From assembly GCA_964016885.1 (NCBI GenBank), contig OZ024742.1, positions 275,900,001 to 275,964,000 on the forward strand: a stretch of DNA of 64,000 nucleotides. Reading direction: 5' to 3'. Position 1 is the stretch's first letter, and every line of letters starts with the position of its first letter. Position numbers and translations under genes: made by a program. The stretch is from Eledone cirrhosa (Eukaryota). This document shows, in pieces, positions 56,108 through 64,000 of the stretch. Under the pieces are notes generated by a model. The model was not told the DNA's origin, ran no database searches, and saw nothing but the letters and a program-made list of their open reading frames with translations.

Positions 56108-59100
56108 GGCAGTCCGGGCGGCGTTTACATTCAGATACCACCATTCTGGGTACACGATCCAACACTGTGGTTCGCGCACATCGAAGTGCAGTTCGCATCG
56201 AACCGGATCGTTAGCGAGGCATCCCGTCTCACACATGTCATTGGTTTGATGTCTCCGGAGATTATGAATGAGACCTCATTTTAGCACCACCCGGCTCTGT
56301 GTCATGACACATTTGTAGCAAGAGTTGCCTCCCTTGTTGTGACGATCACATCATCAATAGAGTAACGCTCTGGAGTTGCTTCCCGTTGGGATGGCAGAGC
56401 CCTTTTTGTCACTTCCGTCTCAGGACCTATAAAGGGAATAACTTTCAGCTCTCTACCTCTCATTTGCCTTTCGGCTCCTGGCCTTCTAACCTGCCTGGCC
56501 CTTCGGCCAGGCGCGCCCGCCTGGCAACCCTAACATGGTCTCTTGCGAGCTAACTTCAAAACGGTAAAAAATAACTTTACTTCATTCTTTCATCTACTTT
56601 CATTGACTTGACAACCATTCTGTTCTACATAACTACAACTTGTTAATTAAACTTTATACACACAAACCACGTCTCTTGTTATATTCATACACACCAGTAT
56701 TTTGTTATACATTTAAAACGATGTTAATTAAGCGTCTGCACCAGCTCCTCAAATCTGAGGAATTAGGAGATAAAAAGTAGACGCAACTCCTACGGTGAAT
56801 GAAGCAGCTCCTGGGAGAACATAAACTTCAAGCAACTCTTCCTCCAGCGTTTGCTTTCTCCCACACAAGTTGTCTTAGCCTTCACCAGGGAGTCCACCTC
56901 CATTGAAGGACTCGCCGAGCTGACAGATAAGATCATGGAGGTACCACATTCGCACTCAACTTTAGCGAATGTGACACCAGCCTTGCTTTCCACCAATCCT
57001 TTCCTTCAGCCCTCCAGTGCCACAGAGATGCCCGATCTACACCAGTTACTGGAACAGCAAGCAACACAGATACAGGCCTTGATGCAACAAATTCAGGCCT
57101 TGTCACTGGGTAACCCTGCCACGCGTCGGTCTAACAGTCGAACTCGCCGATTTGGTGGTCGCTCAAGAAGTCCGAGCGCATCCCGTGATTCACCAGAAAT
57201 GTGTTGGTACCACCAAAAATTCGGAAGACGGGCGCGCAAGTGCAGCCATCCCTGTTCATTTGTGTCGATGTCGAATCAGGGAAACGACACAGCCAGAAAA
57301 CTGAATGCGACGGACTTTTCTGGCCCTCATAATCAAAATCGCCTGTTTTTCATTCAGGATCGCGTCACAGGCACGCGTTTCCTGGTCGACACCGGTGCTG
57401 AAGTCAGCATCATCCCGGTTTCCTGCGTCCATGGAAAAAGGAAAGAAACACGAGCCTGGCTCCAGGCGGTGAATCATTCACCTATTCCGACCTACGGTGA
57501 GCAGTCCCTGACACTAAATTTAGGACTACGCCGCACTTTCCAGTGGGTATTCGTTGTGGCTAAGTTGCCAACCCCTATTTTAGGAGCTGATTTTCTTCAG
57601 CACTTCTCACTGCTAGTGGACATGAAAAACCAACAATTCGTTGACAACTCCACTGGTCTCGCTGTGCGCGGCATAGCCGCTCGGACAGCCAGTCAGTCCA
57701 GTCAGTTCATGATCAGCAACAACAACCCGGCCCAACCATATAATCCACAAATACCCAGACGTAGCTCGACCACTATTCAATGCTTGCCCTGTAAAACATG
57801 ACGTCACTCACCACATAAAAATACACGGCCCACCTGTCGTTGCAAAACCTAGAAGGCTACCACCAGACCGTCTGAAGTCTGTCAGACAAGAATTTCAACA
57901 CATGCTGGATCTCGGCATCATACGCCCGTCCAGCAGCAACTGGTCCTCACCCATACATTGTGTACCCAAGAAGTCGTTGAACCACTGGCGAATCTGTGGC
58001 GACTACCATGCACTGAACAACTGCACCGTGCCTGACTCTTATCCAGTGCCTCATCTACAGGACTTCTCAAGTTCGCTACACGGAGCTCGTATATTTTTGA
58101 AGATCGATCTTGTGCGAGCTTACAATCAGATACCTGTGGAGCCCACTGATATTCCTAAGACCGCCATCACAACACCCTTTGGAATGTTCGAATTCCTGCG
58201 TATGCCTTTCGGTTTGCGTAATGCAGCGCAGACATTCCAACGATTCATCGATACAGTCACCAGAGGTCTACCTTTTGTATACGCATACATCGACGACTTA
58301 CTGGTGGCCAGTGGCTCTGATGAAGAACATGAGAGACACCTGGACCTGCTATTCGCACATTAGCGTGAATACGGACTTGTTATCAACCCCAGCAAATGTG
58401 AGTTCGGAGTTGCGTCTCTTCAGTTTCTGGGACACATCATTGATGAAGATGGTATTCGCCCACTTAAGGAGAAGGTCAAATCCATCATTGATTTTCCACA
58501 GCCCACATCTCTCCGCAAACTGCGAGAATTTCTTGGCCTGGTAAACTTCTACAGACGATTTATACCCCACTGTGCAGAGACACCCCAACCGCTCACTGAT
58601 TTGCTGCGGCAACGTACAACTAAAAATGCAAACATCAATCTCAGCGAAAAAGAATGTACCGCTTTCGCTGAGTTGAAGAAAATGTTGTCGGAGGCTACAA
58701 TGCTGAGTTACCCCAAACCTGATGCCCCAATGTGTTTATTGACTGATGCATCCGATTTCGGAGTTGGAGGTGTGCTTCAACAATTCTTTGGCAATATTTG
58801 GCGACCTGTATCTTTTTTCTCTAAGCGATTAAAACCCGCCGAAACTAAGTACAGCACATTCAGTCGTGAATTATTGGCAACATACCTTGCTGTCAAGCAT
58901 TTTCGACACATGCTAGAAGTCGTGTGTTCTCCATATACACCGACCACAAACCACTAGTGTACGCGTTCAACGCCAAGCCTGACCGACACTCACCCAGGGA
59001 GGTCCGACATCTGGACTTCATTTCTCAGTACACTACTGATATTCGGTACATTAAGGGTGCCGCCAACTCAGCAGCTGATGCCCTATCGCACATGGAGCTT

Positions 59101-60200
59101 AACGCAATCCACACCACTGCCACTATCGATCTCCAGAAGATTGCAGCGGATCAACAAGATGACGAGGAACTGCTGCAGCTCCGGAAATCATCCTTGAAAT
59201 TGCAGGAATGCCCGCTGCCCTCTTCGGGTTATATTTGGTGCGACATCTCCAAAAGCCAATAGCGCCCATACGTGCCCCGGATACATCAACGCGACGTTTT
59301 TTCGGCACTGCATTCTCTGGCACATCCTGGCGTCCACGCCACGTAGAAACTGGTCGTTGCCCGCTTTGTGTGGCCCAACATCAACAAAGACACCCGCGAA
59401 TGGGCTAGGAACTGTATCGCATGCCAGAAGGCGAAAATTCACCGGCACATCAAAGCCCCGATCGGTTCTTTCGCAACACCTGATGCACGGTTCCAACATG
59501 TGCACATAGACATCGTTGGACCTGTGCCTCCTTCTCACAACTACACTCATCTTCTCACCTGTGTCGACCGATTCTCTCGCTGGCCAGAATCTTTTCCCCT
59601 GATGGATATTACCGCAGAAACTGTCGCCAAAACGCTAGTGTTTCACTGGGTTTCGCATTTCGGCACACCCGCGACCATCACTACGGATAGAGGACGTCAG
59701 TTCGATTCGCACCTCTTTACCGAGCTGACTCGTCTCCTCGGGTGTAAACACATCCATACAACGGCGTATCACTCTGTAGCTAACAGCATGGTAGAACGTT
59801 TCCACCGTCAGCTAAAAGCAGCCATCAAGGCTTACGCAGACTGAGCTTTCCCGCCTCTGGGACAAGCCGTGGTTAGTTGTTTACACCCGGCAGACCAACC
59901 CCTTGGGAGATGCTAAACACAGGTCAGATGTTGTTTACACCTGGCAGAAAAGAGGCCAGATATATCCCTCCTTCTAACTTCAGCCATCGTATTCTGTGAT
60001 ACTTGTATTTACGTGGCTCGCAGAGCCACCAAATTATTGTACGAATATTTCATGTTATAGATTTTATCATTCAATATTCAAATTGAATATTGTTATGATA
60101 AAATAAACATTGTAACAACACAATCCTGGTATTATTCTTTGCATTGAAACCATCATACCAACAATTCCCCTTATCCGTTACAACTGGATTATTCATTACA
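56108..60200 (+). mobile_element. Ty3/Gypsy gag-pol relic with partial 3' LTR (~59845-60182)
   Basis: gag PPFW/CWYH; protease FLVDTGAEVS; RT YIDD; RNase H TDAS; integrase HIDIVGP, TDRGRQF, VERFHR; stops and frameshifts. Confidence 0.95.
56314..56709 (+). mobile_element. Solo LTR nested in Gypsy gag
   Basis: 4-bp TSD CATT; removing it restores DTFKTMLIKR; TGTAGCA...TGTTATA ends. Confidence 0.88.
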
Positions 60201-60251
60201 ATAAGTATTTCCCTTTTTTATCTTTGACTTTTCTTGTTTTTTTATTTACAG

Positions 60252-60387
60252 ATTTTGGAGCACATCATGAGTGGCAAAAAAAAAGAGTGTACAATTATTC
60301 ATATATTCAATATGGATTCATATCCATCATCGTTAATGGAGAAGAAAGACCTCAATATGTTGTTTGCAGTAAAGCTTTGTCAAATGC
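60252..60387 (+). mobile_element. hAT/Buster transposase start, unit C (5' end from ~55485), truncated
   Basis: YIQYGFISIIVNGEERPQ; homology ends at ~60387. Confidence 0.8.
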
Positions 60388-60389
60388 AA

Positions 60390-61130
60390 GCTAAGGATGC
60401 ATAAGAGATGTAGTAAAATCTAAGGAAAGTTAGCTAAGAACTTTAAATGTGGCTGTTGCACAGGTGCAGTAGGTAACAAACGCTCACAAGAAACAAGCGC
60501 TATCAAATTCTTAGAAGGTTCCATAGAAGCAGTTGACAACTTTAGTTACGTGGTTGACCAAATTAGCAGTGGAGGTGAGTGTTCGGAAACTACAGTAACC
60601 AGAGTGAAGATGGGATGGAAAAAGTTTAGGGAGCTACAACTGCTGCTAGTTACAAAAGTGTTGTCCTTCAAAATGAAGGACAGATTGTATGATGCATGTA
60701 TACGAGCAGCCATGTTGCATGATAATTGTTTCTACTATTGGCACAAGGCCAGCAATTTTTCCAGTGCATTACTGGTACTTTATTTTATCGACCCCCGTAA
60801 GGATGAAAGGCAAAATTAACCTCGGCGGGATTTGAACTCAGAAGGACAAGGGCCGTAACTCTATGCGTTAAAGCATGGCGTCCGACCCTCTACCGATACT
60901 GCCAATTCACTGCTGCTGTATGATAATGAGACCTGGGCTCTGTATGCAGAGGACTTGCAAAGATTGGAAAGAAATGAAACTGGCATGCTTCATTGGGTGT
61001 ATAATATTAATATATATATGAACAGCAAGGCATAACTGAACTGAGAGAGAGTTGAAGTAGCTATGAAGTAGGAAGTGACGGTGTATGTGTAGAATAAGGA
61101 AAGTGCGAAGTTTGGTGTAGATACTGTAGA
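60390..61130 (+). mobile_element. RTE-like LINE fragment with nested SINE
   Basis: DQISSGGECSE...GWKKFREL...RLYDACIRAAML. Confidence 0.8.
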
Positions 61131-61490
61131 TGATAAAAATTCCTTTATTAACACAACTGCAATACATATTTCATTGACATTTGTGGAACAGCAGCTTATT
61201 ATTTTTCTACAAACATTTATCCCCTATGGTTTAACTGCTCTACCCCTTTTCCTTTAATCTGCTCTCCCCACCGTATCCCACATCCAAGTCACATCCTCGT
61301 GTACACTGATGCATATGCACCACATGAAAATACTCAAGCATTTAGGTACATTACACAAACATCAAAAAAATTTAACATACTAATAAACTCATACATACCC
61401 ACACACAAATTTACATATATGTACATGCGCATTCTCACTTAGTGTCGTATATGTTTATTTTCACATCTATTATTTCCCCTGAGGGAGTTC

Positions 61491-61980
61491 CCATATATAC
61501 TCGAATATAAGCAGACCCCCCCCCCCCTTATTTTATGTCTGAGAAATGGGCAAAAATCCAAACTTTGTTCATAAGCTGAAGTAGCTAATGAACACATGTT
61601 TAGATAGCATGGTTTTGAATTTCTCACGAGTAGAGAATATATTTATGAAGTTTTAATATTTTGATATTTAAAATTTTTAAGTGGCATTTAAAGTGTAGTT
61701 ATTGTTTCACAATTCCATTAATGTTTTTTTTTACCAATTTCCTACTGTTTTGAAAGTCATATTCATTCAAAACATCAAAAACACTAGAAATTTCACCTCC
61801 AAAGTGAAACCAATATAACATTCACCCCCAAAGCGAAAATATTTTAGCACCTCATTTATGTAAAATTTTAAGTTAAGTTAAAATCAAAAAAATATTGACC
61901 TCAAATAAGAGCCGACTCACAATTTTACCATCAAATCTTATGTTACATATTTTCCGGTTTATATATGAGTATATGTGGTA
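61491..61980. mobile_element. Tc1/mariner-pogo type MITE
   Basis: Imperfect TIRs CCATATATACTCGAATATAAGC ... GTTTATATATGAGTATATGTGG followed by TA. Confidence 0.7.
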
Positions 61981-62270
61981 GGTTTGATACACACAAATCA
62001 AATGATGCACATATACGGTATTAATACAAGACACACCATCATGAACAATATATGCATCACTCCAACAACATATATGTATATACATACAAAATAGAATTAA
62101 TATGTCCCTCTTTTTTATCCTCTTCTATCTGTGAACCTCATTTTTGTGTTTCCTCTACTGATGAAGGACTAATGTCTGATATGTTGAACTTACCTTTTTC
62201 CTTTAAGCGCAAAACCAATAAGACTATTGTTGAATCTCTGTGTTCGCTCTTTTTTAAAAGTATATATATA

Positions 62271-64000
62271 TGTAGTAAGAGTCGCCAGGCGTCTTCTGCC
62301 AGCCGCGTTTGCCTGGCAATTAAAACGGTAACTACTAACTTTGCCTAATTCTTTCGTTTATTCATTGACATGTCAACTATACTGTTCTATATATATCCAT
62401 GATTGTTAATTAAATATTACACACCAGTATCATCGCTAATTTGGTAACCCTGACGTGATACCAACACGCAGCCGTTCATTGTTATAAGTGGTCACCCCGA
62501 AAAAAGAAAAAATAGCAGAATCTGGTGTTGTGTCAGTAACATTACGAATACACAGCAAATTTATTGACAAACTATGAAAATACTCAGTCAAAGAAACGAA
62601 CACACCACGCACATGTGAAATTTTCGCACAGACAGACTTTTTCTCTCACGCATCAACTAACTGTCGCATTTCACGATATATATATATATATGTTTCTCGT
62701 TTCTTACAACGAACACTTTAAAAAAAAAAAAAAAAAAAAGAAATTTGATATTTTTTTTAAAACATTTCAACAGGAACATTTATTTTCGATGAACCATTGC
62801 CTTTTGTTTTCATCGTTTTCTTCATCGTTCAAGTTTTTTTTTTTTTCCAAAGTTCACACCAATAATTATGCTAAGTGAAGCCTTTCTTTTTCATCATTGT
62901 CACTTTCACACTTGCACTATCATTTTCTCGCGCATTAGAAATATTATTTTTTTAAACCTAACTTAACCTTGTATTGGCACGTGTAGGCAGCACAAATTCT
63001 CGATTCACAGCGATATCTCGACTCACAGAGATAGCCGCACGCCAGAGATAACGTTTCTCGCCAAGGATTCTTCAGCCTTAAGCTATATTCACCTATTTGC
63101 CGGTTTAAAAATTTACCACGTAAATTTGCCGTTGAAAACTGCGCATTTATTCAGAATGCTTATTTCTTTGGTCGCTGGCCTCTTGACCCTTCCAGGTCAA
63201 CGCATTCTCAACATCGACCATCAACTTCGGCTGTTATTTCTAGCACTTTGCGCAACTCATTTTTTCCGAAAAAAATTTTTTTTACTGTGAATTTAAACAC
63301 CGAATACGCTCACTCAGCGAGACAACAACATCAACAGCAACACAGCTTCACCAACAACCAAAACCAACAGAACAAGCCAGAGAATTTATTTTTGCAGCAC
63401 TCTTCCTGTAAGAAAATCCATTCGGAGGTTGGAAATTTCACGATATACGACAGAACAGAAACCACCTGCATTCATTCTCTGGAACACACTTTCTTTCCTG
63501 CTGTCATGTGATTGCACACCTGTGAACTATATTTTGTACATTTGAACTTTGAGCTCTTCTCTTACTTTATTACATTGTATCTTTGGGTGATGGATAGATA
63601 GATGTCCAGTCGTTCTCTGGCCAAGAGTGGTTGGCTACCTTGATATCTATCATTGATTTTTGCAAACATTCTTTTGTCGTAATTTTCATGCCTGTTACAA
63701 CATTCTCGCCAACTTGCTACATATTTCATTCGATTTTTATATTCTAAAATTCTGGCGGGAGGTTATGTAGCAGTAGCCTCCCTTGTTGTGACTCACAACC
63801 CCAATAGATTAACAACATCTAGACGGGAAGTAGAACCCTTTCTGTAACTTCCGGCAGAGCCCTATAAAACGAATAGCTTTCGGCTCTCTCCCACTGATTT
63901 GCCCTTCCGGCGCCTGGCCTTCGCCAGGCGTCTTCTGCCAGCCGCGTTTGCCTGGCAATTAAAACGGTAACTACTAACTTTGCCTAATTCTTTCGTTTAT
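62271..64000 (+). mobile_element. Non-autonomous LTR retroelement (TRIM/LARD-like); 3' LTR runs off the window
   Basis: 5' LTR 62271-~62440; PBS TGGTAACCCTGACGTGAT at 62442-62459 (tRNA-Trp-like); PPT GGCGGGAGG at 63754-63762; 3' LTR from 63766; 62282-62361 is identical to 63921-64000. Confidence 0.88.

Overview
AT-rich, microsatellite-rich eukaryotic DNA, most likely a coleoid cephalopod such as Octopus (inferred from the single-exon, KRAB-less C2H2 arrays and the SINE types). Bases 1-9035 are a hierarchical macrosatellite (4520-bp and 894-bp periods) containing an AACACT satellite and six copies of a ~70-nt hairpin. Bases 9040-20378 are decayed SINEs, LINEs, a Helitron-like element and MITEs. 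Bases 20379-60387 are a ~2.3-copy tandem segmental duplication. Each full unit carries a hAT/Buster relic, a Tc1 relic, a minus-strand C2H2 zinc-finger gene (intact with 22 fingers in unit A; a ~32-finger pseudogene in unit B) and piggyBac and RTE relics. Comparing the units exposes empty sites, so many insertions can be delimited exactly with their TSDs: CR1, CRE, RTE, solo LTRs, Merlin and Gypsy. Highlights: two intact-looking minimal hammerhead ribozymes downstream of the ZNF copies; two independent 5'-inverted (twin-priming-like) insertions of non-L1 retroelements (CRE and RTE); a Gypsy insert with no 5' LTR and an 8-bp duplication; an LTR family with TG...TA ends and a young non-autonomous member; a Merlin transposon with a likely related palindromic MITE; and a hairpin array in the macrosatellite. 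All calls come from reading the sequence by eye; no searches were run.
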